A stretch of 64,000 nucleotides of DNA from Candidatus Poribacteria bacterium (GCA_965198175.1 OZ240245.1:4032001-4096000); one strand, 5' to 3'; positions 1 to 10,607 are shown, numbered from the stretch's first letter. Numbers and translations: made by a program. Notes: generated by a model not told the origin, from the sequence alone.

Positions 1-822
1 GCAGTCAGCGTTTGCACCCCGAATAACCTACACGCCGCTCCAACGATTGCCGCGCTGAATGCGGGCAAACATGTAATCTGCGAGAAGCCGCTTGCTGGCA
101 ACGCTATTGATGGACAAGCCATGGTCAACGCCCAAAGCGCATCGGGAAAAGTCCTGCAGATTGGGTTGCAATCCCGTTTCGGGAAGGGTGCCAGAACCCT
201 GCGTAAACTGTACGACGAGGGGCTCTTTGGCGATGTCTATTACGCCCGCGCGGTCACAATGCGCCGCCGCGGTATGGGTCTTACGCCAACATTCATGCAG
301 AAGTCTATTGCTGGGGGTGGGCCGCTCATTGACATCGGTGTGCACGAACTTGATGTGCTGTTGTGGATGATTGGTTGTCCCAAGCCGCTTGAAGTCTTTG
401 GATCGGTTGCTCAGAAATTCGGGCATCGCCACGATATTGTAAACTCCGTAGATTGGGATCGCGCTAAATTCGATGTTGAGGATTTCGGTATGGGTGTCAT
501 CCGTTTTGAGAAGGGTTTAACCGTGACATTGGAATCCGCCTGGGCGACTCACATCGAAAATACCGGGACGACATTCTTCATGGGCGACCTGGCAGGCGCA
601 ACCTACCACCCCCTGCGCATCTACACCGACAAAGACGGACAAATGATCGAATACAAACCTGAATTCATTACCGACACACCGGGCGAATTTGAATCTTTTC
701 ACAAGGCAATCCGAGAAGGACTACCGTCGCCCGTTCCAGCAGAAGAGGTGCTGCTTACCACCAAGATTTTCGACGCCATTTACGAATCCGCTCGGATTGG
801 TAGATCCGTTCCAATTACGTAA
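1..822 (+). CDS. Gfo/Idh/MocA family oxidoreductase (5' truncated by window edge)
   Basis: Frame +1 open from base 1: AVSVCTPNNLHA..AGKHVICEKP; GGGPLIDIGVHELD motif. Confidence 0.9.
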   Translation, partial: AVSVCTPNNLHAAPTIAALNAGKHVICEKPLAGNAIDGQAMVNAQSASGKVLQIGLQSRFGKGARTLRKLYDEGLFGDVYYARAVTMRRRGMGLTPTFMQKSIAGGGPLIDIGVHELDVLLWMIGCPKPLEVFGSVAQKFGHRHDIVNSVDWDRAKFDVEDFGMGVIRFEKGLTVTLESAWATHIENTGTTFFMGDLAGATYHPLRIYTDKDGQMIEYKPEFITDTPGEFESFHKAIREGLPSPVPAEEVLLTTKIFDAIYESARIGRSVPIT

Positions 823-901
823 GCATAACGTCTTTATGCTTGACCGTCTGATGTCTCAATGGCATCGGACATCTAGGCGAAAACTACTGGGAGGGAGAAT
901 C

Positions 902-1942
902 ATGGTTAATATCGCAATGTTGAGTTTCGCCCACACGCACGCCAGAGGATACGCCGATCGGGTTCAGAATAATCCAGATGCTCAGATTGTTGCGGTCTGG
1001 GATGAGGAGGAGTACGGCGGGAAAGAAGCCGCGAAAGACTACAACGTCCCCTTCTACGCCGACCTTGACGCCGTATTCAACTTAGACGAAGTGGATGCCG
1101 TCGTCGTAAATGCTCCGACCGTAGATCACCCGAAGGTGATGATTGCCGCAGCAGAATCGGGCAAACATATCTTTACTGAAAAAGCCTTGGCAATTACGGT
1201 CAATGAATGCGATGAGATTATCGGAGCCGTTGAAAAGGCGGGGGTTAAATTCATGATTTCGCTGCCGTCGCGTTGCAATCCCGGTCTCCTATTGGCGAAA
1301 AGAGCCGTCGATGATGGACTGCTGGGCGATTTAACCTTTGGTCGAGGCCGCATCGCGCATCCAGCCGCGGTCGATGGATGGCTCAGAGACACTAGTCTCT
1401 GGTTCGCGGATGCTAAACGCTCCGGCGGCGGTGCGCTGTTTGACCTTGGCTGTCATCGGATGGATGTTATCCCGTGGCTCATGGGGACTCCGAAGAGCGT
1501 TATCGCAAAGATTAACAACCGGAGCGGCAACTACCCAATCGACGATAACAGCGCATCTGTGATTGAATTTGAGAATAGGGCGCTTGGCGTCGTTGATGTT
1601 TCTTGGGTGCATCGATACGGTCCAAATATGCTCGAACTCTACGGGACGGACGGATCTATCGTCAGCGGTTTCGGCGATAAACACTTTGAGACGCTGCATT
1701 CCATCGCCATCGGTCACGAGAACATGCACTTTGAGACGCGTAAGCTGTCCGAGGAAGAAAAGGCGGAGTACGTTTCAACCAGTCCTCCGCCACCCCCGCC
1801 GCCGATACAGCAGTGGATTAACGCCATCCTGCATGATGAACCGACGACCATCACCATCCAAGATGGACGCAACCTGACTGAACTGATGCAGGCGTGTTAT
1901 CAGTCGGCTGAGCGGGGTCGATCGGTAGAGCTACCGTTGTGA
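902..1942 (+). CDS. Gfo/Idh/MocA family oxidoreductase
   Basis: GKHIFTEKA and GGGALFDLGCH motifs; ATG 902 preceded by GGAGGGAG RBS (ORF-track start 689 is too long). Confidence 0.9.
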   Translation: MVNIAMLSFAHTHARGYADRVQNNPDAQIVAVWDEEEYGGKEAAKDYNVPFYADLDAVFNLDEVDAVVVNAPTVDHPKVMIAAAESGKHIFTEKALAITVNECDEIIGAVEKAGVKFMISLPSRCNPGLLLAKRAVDDGLLGDLTFGRGRIAHPAAVDGWLRDTSLWFADAKRSGGGALFDLGCHRMDVIPWLMGTPKSVIAKINNRSGNYPIDDNSASVIEFENRALGVVDVSWVHRYGPNMLELYGTDGSIVSGFGDKHFETLHSIAIGHENMHFETRKLSEEEKAEYVSTSPPPPPPPIQQWINAILHDEPTTITIQDGRNLTELMQACYQSAERGRSVELPL

Positions 1943-1983
1943 AACGCAACTCGGGCAGAAGGCAGGTGTGGTGCTTTTTGAAG

Positions 1984-2919
1984 CTATTCCCTTCGATAAG
2001 GTAGGGCTAGCGCAGCGGGGGGTCTGGCGTGCCCAACAAACCCCGCTAGAACAAGAAGCGTCAAGATGTAGGGCAACATCAGAAAAAATTGATAAGGTAT
2101 AAAACCGAGATCGGGGATTGCCTGCAACCGATTCAGCACGGCATTGCACAGACTAAATAAGAGTGCAGCGCCGCAAGCTTTGACAGGGTGCCACTTGCCG
2201 AAGACCACGATCGCAAGCGCAATAAAGCCGCGTCCTGCGGTCATTTCTGTGCTGAAGTATGGAACGTCTACCAGCGAGAGATAACCACCGCCAATCCCAG
2301 CCATGAATCCGCCGAAAAGCACACATTTCGCTTGCAGTCCGTGCACACTTACGCCGGTAGCATCCGCTGCCTTCGGATGCTCACCGCAGGCTTGAATCGA
2401 CAGGCCGGGATAGGTGTGAAATAGGTAAAAATAGATGAGCGGAACTGCGAGAAAGGCACCGTAGACTAGGAAGTTGTGCTGAAACAAGACATCGCCGACA
2501 AACGGAATTTCTGACAGCACTGGGATATGGAGGGGCTCAAAAATGGCAACCTTGAGGGATCTTCCGGTCTCTCCAAAAATTCGACGATACAGGACTTCGA
2601 CAAGTCCGAATGCCAATAGGTTGATTCCCGTACCTGTCACGATTTGATCGGTTTTCAAGCGGAGAATGAAGAAGCCAAAAAAGGCAGCGAGCAGAACACC
2701 GCTGACTCCGCCAAATAGAATACCAGCCCACGGGGCGAGACCTACCGATACACCTTGCATGGCGTAGGAACTCAGCCATCCAATAAAGGCGCTGAAAATC
2801 ATGAGACCTTCAAGCCCGATATTGATTACACCGGATCGCTGAACGATAACCTCGCCGAGCGCGACAATCAGGAGCGGCGTTGCCTGACGAACCGTTGCTT
2901 CGAAAATATCCTGGATCAT
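1984..2919 (-). CDS. ABC transporter permease, nucleoside/simple-sugar (BPD_transp_2) type
   Basis: RSGVINIGLEG, GEHPKAADATGV, GRGFIALAIVVFGKWHP motifs. Confidence 0.9.
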   Translation of the reverse strand: MIQDIFEATVRQATPLLIVALGEVIVQRSGVINIGLEGLMIFSAFIGWLSSYAMQGVSVGLAPWAGILFGGVSGVLLAAFFGFFILRLKTDQIVTGTGINLLAFGLVEVLYRRIFGETGRSLKVAIFEPLHIPVLSEIPFVGDVLFQHNFLVYGAFLAVPLIYFYLFHTYPGLSIQACGEHPKAADATGVSVHGLQAKCVLFGGFMAGIGGGYLSLVDVPYFSTEMTAGRGFIALAIVVFGKWHPVKACGAALLFSLCNAVLNRLQAIPDLGFIPYQFFLMLPYILTLLVLAGFVGHARPPAALALPYRRE

Positions 2920-2976
2920 ACTAAAACACGGATTCTTAGGATTCGTAGATTTGGAATTTCGCTCTGTTCCACCTGC

Positions 2977-4044
2977 TCACGTACTCATCTTCTCTTTTCT
3001 CGCCTCATACATACTAGCACCCAAGACTAGGAGCAATACCGTGGCTTGAATCACCCACGTCAGTTTTGTGGGCACTTGCGCCTCCAACTTCATCGCCTCC
3101 GAGCCAGCTTGCAAAATCCCGAATAACAGCGCCGAAAAAATGACCCCAATCGGATGGAGACGTCCAAGCAACGCGACGGCGATTGCAGTGTAGCCATAGC
3201 CGGGGGCGTTTTGATCGAGCCGATGCGGACTCAGCCCTGTCAATTCAATGACTCCTGCCAATCCCGCTAGCCCGCCGCTAATCAGCATAGCAATGATAAT
3301 ATTTCTGGATACATGAATTCCCGCTGCCCGCGCTGCAATCTGGTTTTGACCAACAGCCCTGACTTGATAGCCGAGCGAAGTATGAAACAGGATGAAATAC
3401 AAGCACACAGCGAAAATAAGTGCAAGGAGGATGCCCAGGTGGAATCGGTTGCCGGGTATCCAAGATTTCGGAACTAGATGCGGCAGCAGCGCATTAGGGA
3501 CAATTCGATCGCTCCACTGGTATGATTTGGACGCTTCTTGGAGCGGTCCCCCATCGACGGAATAGCTCACTAGTTTGATAGCAATAAAATTGAGCATAAT
3601 CGTGCTAATCACTTCACCAACACCGCGATACGCTTTGAGTAATCCCGCGATTGCAGCCCAAAACCCGCCTGCGACAAATCCTGCGGTGAGAACCAGTGGG
3701 ATAAGCAAAATTGATGGCAGGCGCACAATTGATGTCCCAATCCATGTCGCAATCAGGGCGGCGATGAGATATTGCCCTTCAGCTCCAATGTTCCAAACAC
3801 CACAACGAAACGCAAATGCAACAGCTAACCCTGTCAGGAGCAACGGACAGGTCTTCACAAATGTCTCTGTTACTTGTTTTGGACCTCCCAATGCCCCCTG
3901 AAACAGTGCCACAAATGCTTTAGTGGGTTGATAACCGCACGCGAGCATGATAAGGGCATTAATGAGCAGTGCCAAGAATATGATGAGGATTGGGAAGAGG
4001 ATTTGGGCTGGTTTGACGTGCAAATTGGCAATTTTATCGGTCAA
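2977..4044 (-). CDS. ABC transporter permease, nucleoside/simple-sugar type
   Basis: GVWNIGAEGQY, EVISTIMLNFIA, GYGYTAIAVALLG motifs. Confidence 0.9.
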   Translation of the reverse strand: MTDKIANLHVKPAQILFPILIIFLALLINALIMLACGYQPTKAFVALFQGALGGPKQVTETFVKTCPLLLTGLAVAFAFRCGVWNIGAEGQYLIAALIATWIGTSIVRLPSILLIPLVLTAGFVAGGFWAAIAGLLKAYRGVGEVISTIMLNFIAIKLVSYSVDGGPLQEASKSYQWSDRIVPNALLPHLVPKSWIPGNRFHLGILLALIFAVCLYFILFHTSLGYQVRAVGQNQIAARAAGIHVSRNIIIAMLISGGLAGLAGVIELTGLSPHRLDQNAPGYGYTAIAVALLGRLHPIGVIFSALLFGILQAGSEAMKLEAQVPTKLTWVIQATVLLLVLGASMYEARKEKMST

Positions 4045-4123
4045 GGTGGGAACAGATGGTACGCGGGGTCATCCTCAAAACGTGAGGGCGCATACATAAA
4101 TGAGGCGTTAATCCCTATTTCCG

Positions 4124-5170
4124 CTATTCAACGTGCCATGTATCCGCTTCATTGAGCAACGCCTCAAGATTGCCTTCACCCCGCACCTGCTTGGCGGTCT
4201 CAATCTGTTGTGCCATCAAATCTTCATAGCAGACGTGCTGGATGCTGCGGAACACCCCTATCGGATGCGGCAGATCCGGTATAACGCTCATCCGCGCGAG
4301 AAAGTACGCTAGTGTTGGATTCTCGGCAAACTGATTGTGCTTGATGAGTTCATCTGGGGTGTATTGACCCTCGGCGACGGAAACGACCTCTGGTTGAAAC
4401 TCGTTCAGGCGGATACCTTTGTCGCGTTCCTTTCCAAAAACCAGCGGCTCTCCGTGTTCTAAAAACACCGTGTTATCGGCTTTTGTATCCTTTTCGGTAT
4501 AGGAGAAGAAGGCTCCGTCATTATACACGTTGCAGTTCTGATAAATCTCGACAAACGACGTGCCCTTATGTTCAAACGCCGCTTTGATAACGCCTCGTAG
4601 ATGTTCCGGATCCCTGTCTAGTGAACGAGCAACAAATGTTGCGCCCGAAGCTAATGCAAGACTTACTGGATTGAAGGGGGTATCAAGCGATCCCATTGGC
4701 GTTGAGGCGGTTTTCTTGCCTTGTTCGGAGGTGGGGGAGTATTGTCCCTTAGTCAGTCCATAAATTTGATTGTTGAACAACAGAACGTTGATATCGAAGT
4801 TCCGCCGCATCAGGTGAATAAAATGGTTTCCACCAATCGACAGCGCATCACCATCGCCGGTGATCACCCAAACCGATAGTTCTGGGTGAGTAGCTTTTAC
4901 TCCAGCCGCAAGCGTTGGCGCCCGACCGTGAATCGTATGAAAGCCGTAGGCGTTCATATAATATGGAAAACGACTCGAACAGCCAATCCCAGAGATGAAG
5001 ACAAAGTCTTCCTTGGGGATTCCCAAGTCCGGGAGAATTCGCTGGGTTTGAGAGAGTATTGAATAATCACCGCAGCCTGGGCACCATCGGACATCCTGAT
5101 CTGATTCAAAATCCTTTTTGGTTAATGTGGGGACTGCTACCGGTATTTGGGTGGAGGCGCTCTTTTTCAT
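4124..5170 (-). CDS. korB: 2-oxoacid:ferredoxin oxidoreductase beta subunit
   Basis: WCPGCGD, SGIGCSSR, TPP-binding GDGD..NNQIYGLTKGQYSPTS. Confidence 0.93.
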   Translation of the reverse strand: MKKSASTQIPVAVPTLTKKDFESDQDVRWCPGCGDYSILSQTQRILPDLGIPKEDFVFISGIGCSSRFPYYMNAYGFHTIHGRAPTLAAGVKATHPELSVWVITGDGDALSIGGNHFIHLMRRNFDINVLLFNNQIYGLTKGQYSPTSEQGKKTASTPMGSLDTPFNPVSLALASGATFVARSLDRDPEHLRGVIKAAFEHKGTSFVEIYQNCNVYNDGAFFSYTEKDTKADNTVFLEHGEPLVFGKERDKGIRLNEFQPEVVSVAEGQYTPDELIKHNQFAENPTLAYFLARMSVIPDLPHPIGVFRSIQHVCYEDLMAQQIETAKQVRGEGNLEALLNEADTWHVE

Positions 5171-7005
5171 ACATCATCTCTCAGTAATTCATCAATTTTA
5201 GATTCAACTTCAAAAACATAGAACGGTAATCCTTGGACTTTATTTAAACCGACGGCATCTATCAAATAGTCAGCGCGAATCAGTCTGAGCAATTGCCCAA
5301 AATTGAGCTCAGGAACAAGCACCTTGTCGAACTGTTTAAGAATGTCACCGAGGTCGCTTGGAAGCGGGTTAAGATAGCGCAGATGAACGTGCGATACAGA
5401 TGCATCCTCTTCCTGTTTGTGTTCGATCGCGGTTCTGACCGCGCCGTAGGTTCCTCCCCAAGTTAATACAAGAAGATTTCCTTCGGGTTCACCAAAGGTC
5501 TCGGTGGGCGGGATGTCATCCACAATTCGGGAGACCTTTTCTGCCCTGAGAAGTGTCATTCGCTCATGGTTATCGGGGTCATAACTGACATTTCCGGTGA
5601 TGTCCGCTTTTTCCAAGCCGCCGATCCGATGCTCCAAACCGGGGGTACCGGGGATTGCCCATGGACGGGCAAGTGTCTTTTCGTCACGCAGATAGGGCTG
5701 AAATCCATCAGGTGTTGTCTGGAAAGTCACCTCTATTGCCGGCAAATCTGAAACCTTCGGGATGCGCCAAGGTTCCGCGCCAAAAGCGATATAAAGGTCG
5801 GACATGAATATCACAGGGGTCATGTATTTGATAGCAATTCGACAGGCTTCATAGATGGTTTCAAAGCAATCGGACGGGCGCGAAGCCGCAATCACAGGAA
5901 CGGGTGATTCGCCATTGCGACCGTAAAACATCTGTAGCAAATCGGTCTGTTCGGTCTTTGTGGGCATACCTGTCGAGGGACCCGCTCTCTGGATATTGCA
6001 GATGACGAGCGGCAATTCTGCCATGACCGCTAGGTTAATTGACTCCGCTTTCAGGGCAAGACCAGGTCCACTGCTACCGGTTGCACCCAATGCACCGCTA
6101 AACGCTGCACCGATTGCAGCACCTATGGCTGCGATTTCGTCTTCCATCTGCATTGTAATGACACCGAAGTTCTTGTATTTCGCGAGTTCATGGAGAATGG
6201 AACTCGCAGGCGTAATCGGGTAACTGCCGTAGACAAGCGGCAGCCCTGACTGTTGAGCAGCGGCAATGAGGCCAAATGCCGTCGCCACATTTCCTTCGAT
6301 ATTGCGGTAGATTCCCGGCGCAAACTTCGCCGGCTTGACTTCATAAGAGGTTGCAAACTGCTCCGTCGCTTCACAATAAACATTGCCCGCTTTCAAAGCG
6401 AGGGTGTTGGCTTCAATGTACTGGGGCTTTCTGCCATACTTCTCTCTGATGAACTTGAATGTGTAATCCATTTGCCGGTTATAGAGCCAGCAAACCATTC
6501 CGAGCGCAAAAAAATTTTTGCACCGATCGGCTTCTCGTTGACTGAGGCTTGTGCCTTTAAGCGCGTCTCTTGTTAGCCGGGTTAACGCGACAGGAAAAAC
6601 TTGAAATTTTGTCAACGACCCATCTTCTAAGGGGTTTTCCTCGTATCCAGCTAACTTGAGATTCCGCGTTGCAAAATTGTCCGTATTGACAATCAGAATA
6701 CCGTTGGGTTTGAGCTTATCTAGATTGACTCTCAATGCGGCAGGATTCATCGCGACAAGGACGTCGCAGGTATCGCCGGGGGTATGGATGCTTTCGCTGG
6801 AAAAGTGCAGTTGGAAACCGGATACTCCAGCCAGTGAGCCCGCAGGAGCGCGAATCTCCGCAGGGTAATCTGGAAGTGTCGCCACATCATTCCCTGCAAT
6901 CGCAGAAGCCTCAGTCATTTGCGTTCCAATTGTCTGCGAGCCGTCGCCGGAGTCTCCGGCAAAGAGGAGCGTAGCCTCCTCAATGGATTGCACTTCCTTT
7001 CTCAT
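5167..7005 (-). CDS. korA: 2-oxoacid:ferredoxin oxidoreductase alpha subunit (gamma-alpha fusion)
   Basis: AGDSGDG, YPAEIRAPAG, YPITPAS, QRAGPSTGMPT; 4-bp overlap with the beta gene. Confidence 0.93.
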   Translation of the reverse strand: MRKEVQSIEEATLLFAGDSGDGSQTIGTQMTEASAIAGNDVATLPDYPAEIRAPAGSLAGVSGFQLHFSSESIHTPGDTCDVLVAMNPAALRVNLDKLKPNGILIVNTDNFATRNLKLAGYEENPLEDGSLTKFQVFPVALTRLTRDALKGTSLSQREADRCKNFFALGMVCWLYNRQMDYTFKFIREKYGRKPQYIEANTLALKAGNVYCEATEQFATSYEVKPAKFAPGIYRNIEGNVATAFGLIAAAQQSGLPLVYGSYPITPASSILHELAKYKNFGVITMQMEDEIAAIGAAIGAAFSGALGATGSSGPGLALKAESINLAVMAELPLVICNIQRAGPSTGMPTKTEQTDLLQMFYGRNGESPVPVIAASRPSDCFETIYEACRIAIKYMTPVIFMSDLYIAFGAEPWRIPKVSDLPAIEVTFQTTPDGFQPYLRDEKTLARPWAIPGTPGLEHRIGGLEKADITGNVSYDPDNHERMTLLRAEKVSRIVDDIPPTETFGEPEGNLLVLTWGGTYGAVRTAIEHKQEEDASVSHVHLRYLNPLPSDLGDILKQFDKVLVPELNFGQLLRLIRADYLIDAVGLNKVQGLPFYVFEVESKIDELLRDDV

Positions 7006-7164
7006 TACATCTGTCCTTCTCTCTGTTTATGCGACCACAATGTGTGTGTATGGATTCCAAGAATAACACGTATTTTTACTATTATCAGTTTCATCTGAAT
7101 CGTCTTAACGTTCGGTTGTTCACCTATTGATTTCCTCAACCACAATTTGTATGTTTGGTCTTAC

Positions 7165-7704
7165 CTAAGCTCCTTCGCGTGCCTGCATCGCCTCCCGAAC
7201 GGGTTCTGGCGGCAGTGTTAACACTTCTTGGGGGAAATGATCAATAATGTATGAGACAATATGGCGAGTGGAAACCATCCCAACAGGTTGATTCAGCTCA
7301 TTTACAACGGGGATATGGCGGAAGCCGCCCTTCGCCATATGCAATATTGCCGTGTCTAGCGGCTCCTCAACGTGCGCAGTGAGTGGATCGATTTTCATAA
7401 AATGTTCGACGGGAATCTGTGCTACATCTCCCACCGGTTTGTTCAAAATTTTCAGAAGCACATCCCGCTCACCGAAAATCCCTTTGAGCACACCATCGGA
7501 TACGACTAGGATAGCACCGACGCTATTCTCAATCATGAGATTGATTGCCTCTTGTATACTTGCCCCCATTTCAATCGTAACCGGCAAACGCATCAAAGAA
7601 CGAAGCGGCACCTGAATTTCGTGCGGACTCAAGGTTTTTGAGGGTTCATCGTGCTCCTCATCCATGATAGTCAATTCTTCGTCAACAATCTGTTCGTAAA
7701 GCAT
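7165..7704 (-). CDS. CBS domain pair protein
   Basis: GAILVV..GIFGERD and GGFRHIPVV..GMVSTRHI CBS motifs. Confidence 0.85.
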   Translation of the reverse strand: MLYEQIVDEELTIMDEEHDEPSKTLSPHEIQVPLRSLMRLPVTIEMGASIQEAINLMIENSVGAILVVSDGVLKGIFGERDVLLKILNKPVGDVAQIPVEHFMKIDPLTAHVEEPLDTAILHMAKGGFRHIPVVNELNQPVGMVSTRHIVSYIIDHFPQEVLTLPPEPVREAMQAREGA

Positions 7705-7707
7705 ACT

Positions 7708-8142
7708 TTATTCCTCCTTACCGCCTGTCTCTAAAAACGCGGCAACATGATTCAGAATGTCCTTAATCGAGATGATACCTACGGGATATACGTCTTTCTG
7801 ATCATAGATGACTAAAGGGATATGACGGTAGTGCCCCAGTTGCATGAGGTTAAGGGCAAATGCAACTGTATCGCTCGCGCGCAAGCACTCCGGGGATGGG
7901 GTCATAATCTCGTCGATGATAACATCTGCCGGATTAACCTGCGTGCCCATGATTTTGACAAGTAAATCACGCTCGGTGACAATGCCAACAAGCTGTTGTT
8001 GGCTATCAACAACCAGCACACACCCAAATTGACCTTCCTGCATGAGGTTGATAACCTCCGGAACGGAAGTGCCAAGCTCCACATAGCAAGGTTGATTGAG
8101 GTTCAAAGTGCTAATGGGTGAAGATAGTGTTCGCGCATCCAT
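7708..8142 (-). CDS. CBS domain pair protein
   Basis: GCVLVVD..LVGIVTERD, GHYRHIPLV..GIISIKDI; ATG 8142 follows GGGAGG RBS. Confidence 0.85.
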   Translation of the reverse strand: MDARTLSSPISTLNLNQPCYVELGTSVPEVINLMQEGQFGCVLVVDSQQQLVGIVTERDLLVKIMGTQVNPADVIIDEIMTPSPECLRASDTVAFALNLMQLGHYRHIPLVIYDQKDVYPVGIISIKDILNHVAAFLETGGKEE

Positions 8143-8394
8143 TGATTTCCTCCCTTCAATCAATGATGGAACGACACATTTTATCGAGCATGAGAATGTG
8201 TATCCGGAGAAAACGAAGTAGATGTCTAAGAATTCTGTTGCTGGCTCCCAATCCAAGCGAAAGGCTCATCACTTCCGTGGGGTGAATCTACTCTTGAAAG
8301 CCTGCGTATCAAAACTGAATCCAATTGATAGGATTGTAACAGAAAATTGATTGAGTATCAAACAAAAAGATCTGTATTTCTGAAGGATGAGAAT

Positions 8395-8433
8395 AAAAAA
8401 GCCGAGTAGAGAAAGGCACTCTACCTCGGCTTT
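8395..8433 (-). terminator. Intrinsic terminator
   Basis: AAAGCCGAG-TAGAG/CTCTAC-CTCGGCTTT hairpin followed by a U-run on the minus strand, downstream of the 8491-8688 gene. Confidence 0.7.
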
Positions 8434-8490
8434 ACATCCCTAAATCTAATCATCGAGCAGGGTGTTACCATCAGTGCTCCCAATAAGTAG

Positions 8491-8688
8491 CTATGAACGA
8501 AGTTTTCGGTAGAGATAAATCACCGCAACGCCAATCGCAATGAGCAATACTACCGTAACGACAATCTCAAAAATCCAAGAGACAATAGGGAAAACAATAT
8601 GTATGATAATCTGAAAGGCGAAATAGACAAGGACCAATATTAACGCCAACAAGACGAGATTTCTGAGGAGTTTCATTGAATTTTCCAC
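8491..8688 (-). CDS. Small two-TM membrane protein
   Basis: Hydrophobic 65-aa ORF with basic C-terminus, followed by a terminator. Confidence 0.65.
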   Translation of the reverse strand: MENSMKLLRNLVLLALILVLVYFAFQIIIHIVFPIVSWIFEIVVTVVLLIAIGVAVIYLYRKLRS

Positions 8689-8854
8689 CTTGTAGGAATA
8701 ACGGTTTTACGGAGATATGACCGAGACTCTGAGGATGACGGCAATGAACCGCTGGCTTTGTATCAAAGGTTAAGTAACCCCATGATTCATTCTGATCGTT
8801 TTGCTTTGAGAGTTACGAATTCAGCGTTTCGATTCGGTTCGTCAAACTCAAGGA

Positions 8855-9361
8855 TTACACACTGTATCGTCCCAATGTGTCCTCATCCAAGTTCTCCAGG
8901 GTGCTCTTTGAGTCTTGTTTTTGAGACTCTTTCAAATCTTCTTCGGAGAAACCGTTCTCTTCCAGGATATGTTCAGCAACATGAATGGGTGCGTCGAGCC
9001 TTAATGCGAGAGCAATTGCATCACTTGGTCGGGAATCGATCTCGATTTTCTTACCCTTCACGTTAAGGTTAATCTGACCCAAGTATGTTCCACCTTCTCC
9101 TTCCGAAGGAAGCACCGAATGTACGAAGATGGAGTCAACCTCTGTTTCAAGGCTTTCAATGATGTTCTTCATCAAATCATGCGTCATTGGGCGAGGAAGA
9201 CTGGATGAACTCTTAAGTTTTGATTGGATAGCCATAGCTTCTGCGTGTCCAATCCAGATTGGCAACACCCGCTTGGGATTGCCTTCCTTCTCTTTCAGAA
9301 GAACTATTGGCATATTTGCTCTTGTATCAACAGAAACGATTGCAACTTCTACCTCAACCAT
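8855..9361 (-). CDS. Bifunctional nuclease family protein (DUF151)
   Basis: LPIWIGHAEA, PRPMTHDL, IDSRPSDAIALA motifs; AGGAGG RBS. Confidence 0.92.
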   Translation of the reverse strand: MVEVEVAIVSVDTRANMPIVLLKEKEGNPKRVLPIWIGHAEAMAIQSKLKSSSSLPRPMTHDLMKNIIESLETEVDSIFVHSVLPSEGEGGTYLGQINLNVKGKKIEIDSRPSDAIALALRLDAPIHVAEHILEENGFSEEDLKESQKQDSKSTLENLDEDTLGRYSV

Positions 9362-9496
9362 GGTTGCTCCTCCTTGTTATTTTGATTTCGTTCACCGATG
9401 ATGCTCTCTGCATTATAAGCGTTTTACCGTATACAAGGCAAGGGCGTAATTCAGTAAATCTCCCACACCTACTTACCTCCGTGGTTGTCTTCCAAA

Positions 9497-10153
9497 CTAT
9501 CTTTTGTTAAGTTGCTGGACCTTATAGCAATTCATTTGTGCATCATAGTCCCACAACACGACTCTTTGACCCTGTCTAATACGCGATTCCCCTTCGTCGA
9601 TCCGGCAGAATATTGTCACATTGAACGGAACATCTTCAGTGCGTGCCATGCCAAACTCAGTATTCACGTCAATGCTCGTAACTGTCGCCACCGTGCCGAC
9701 AAGGTCGGCTCGATGAATTGCAGCCATTTGGGCAGTCGGGAATACGAAGCCGATACCCTGTGATAGAAAGCGGGTCATCAGACTACTCAGGATAAAGGCG
9801 ACAAAAGCTGAGACAAGAAGGGCTGGGAAAACAAAACCTCCGAACAACGGGATGAGCCAGTGATTACACACGAACCCTACAAACCCCCAGTAAAGAATAA
9901 AGGGAGCAACAACCATAAAGGGAGGGAGGCGACCCGCATTTAGAAAAGTGAAGAAGCGATTTAGCACGGCGCCTTCCTGCAACCTGGGCAACCGATCCGC
10001 CGCGATGACGCCCAAATCCCCGAATCCTGCTTCCAAACCACCGATATCTGATGCTGTCAATGTATGCAAGAATAGATAAATCAGTGCGATGAGTATAGGT
10101 AGGACGAATAATAGATTGTACCAACGGGTGAGTTCAACGAGAAAATCCAACAT
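9497..10153 (-). CDS. YqiJ/NfeD-like membrane protein with C-terminal OB fold
   Basis: FLNAGRLPPFMV, three TM segments, DLVGTVATVTS..FGMAR; start uncertain (up to 10225). Confidence 0.7.
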   Translation of the reverse strand: MLDFLVELTRWYNLLFVLPILIALIYLFLHTLTASDIGGLEAGFGDLGVIAADRLPRLQEGAVLNRFFTFLNAGRLPPFMVVAPFILYWGFVGFVCNHWLIPLFGGFVFPALLVSAFVAFILSSLMTRFLSQGIGFVFPTAQMAAIHRADLVGTVATVTSIDVNTEFGMARTEDVPFNVTIFCRIDEGESRIRQGQRVVLWDYDAQMNCYKVQQLNKR

Positions 10154-10205
10154 GATTAATATCTCAGACGTGAAATGCAATGCGTATGTAGCAAGGAAAT
10201 GAACG

Positions 10206-10607
10206 TCATTCTCGTTTCGGCGCAATCTGCAAGGAAATCAATTCAAGCGCCAGTTTGGCTTCACGGTAACTGACACGATTGACGAGATATCTATCACTGT
10301 TACGTTTATCAATTTCGACGCAAGCTTGCCGTAACAGACGGTGTTTCCATTGACGACTCAGCTTTACCGCCGATATTTCAGAAAATAGCAGGTTACACCG
10401 AATGTTGGTGTAGGAGGCGCCCAAGCTGCCCATACTCCGTTCCTCCAACACTAGCAATCGACGTGAGGTGATGATAACAAAATCTGGGCTCAGGAAATTT
10501 GATCTGCCAAGCAGGCACAATTGAACACCCTCATTCGCACCCAGCTGCGATCCGACTGCATCACGAATTCGAGATGGCAGGTGTTGAAACTCAGCCATCT
10601 TGCCCAT
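10206..10607 (-). CDS. Bacterial PH-domain-like protein
   Basis: L..NEGV..VIITSRRLLVLE..FSEISAV pattern; AAGGAG RBS. Confidence 0.6.
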   Translation of the reverse strand: MGKMAEFQHLPSRIRDAVGSQLGANEGVQLCLLGRSNFLSPDFVIITSRRLLVLEERSMGSLGASYTNIRCNLLFSEISAVKLSRQWKHRLLRQACVEIDKRNSDRYLVNRVSYREAKLALELISLQIAPKRE

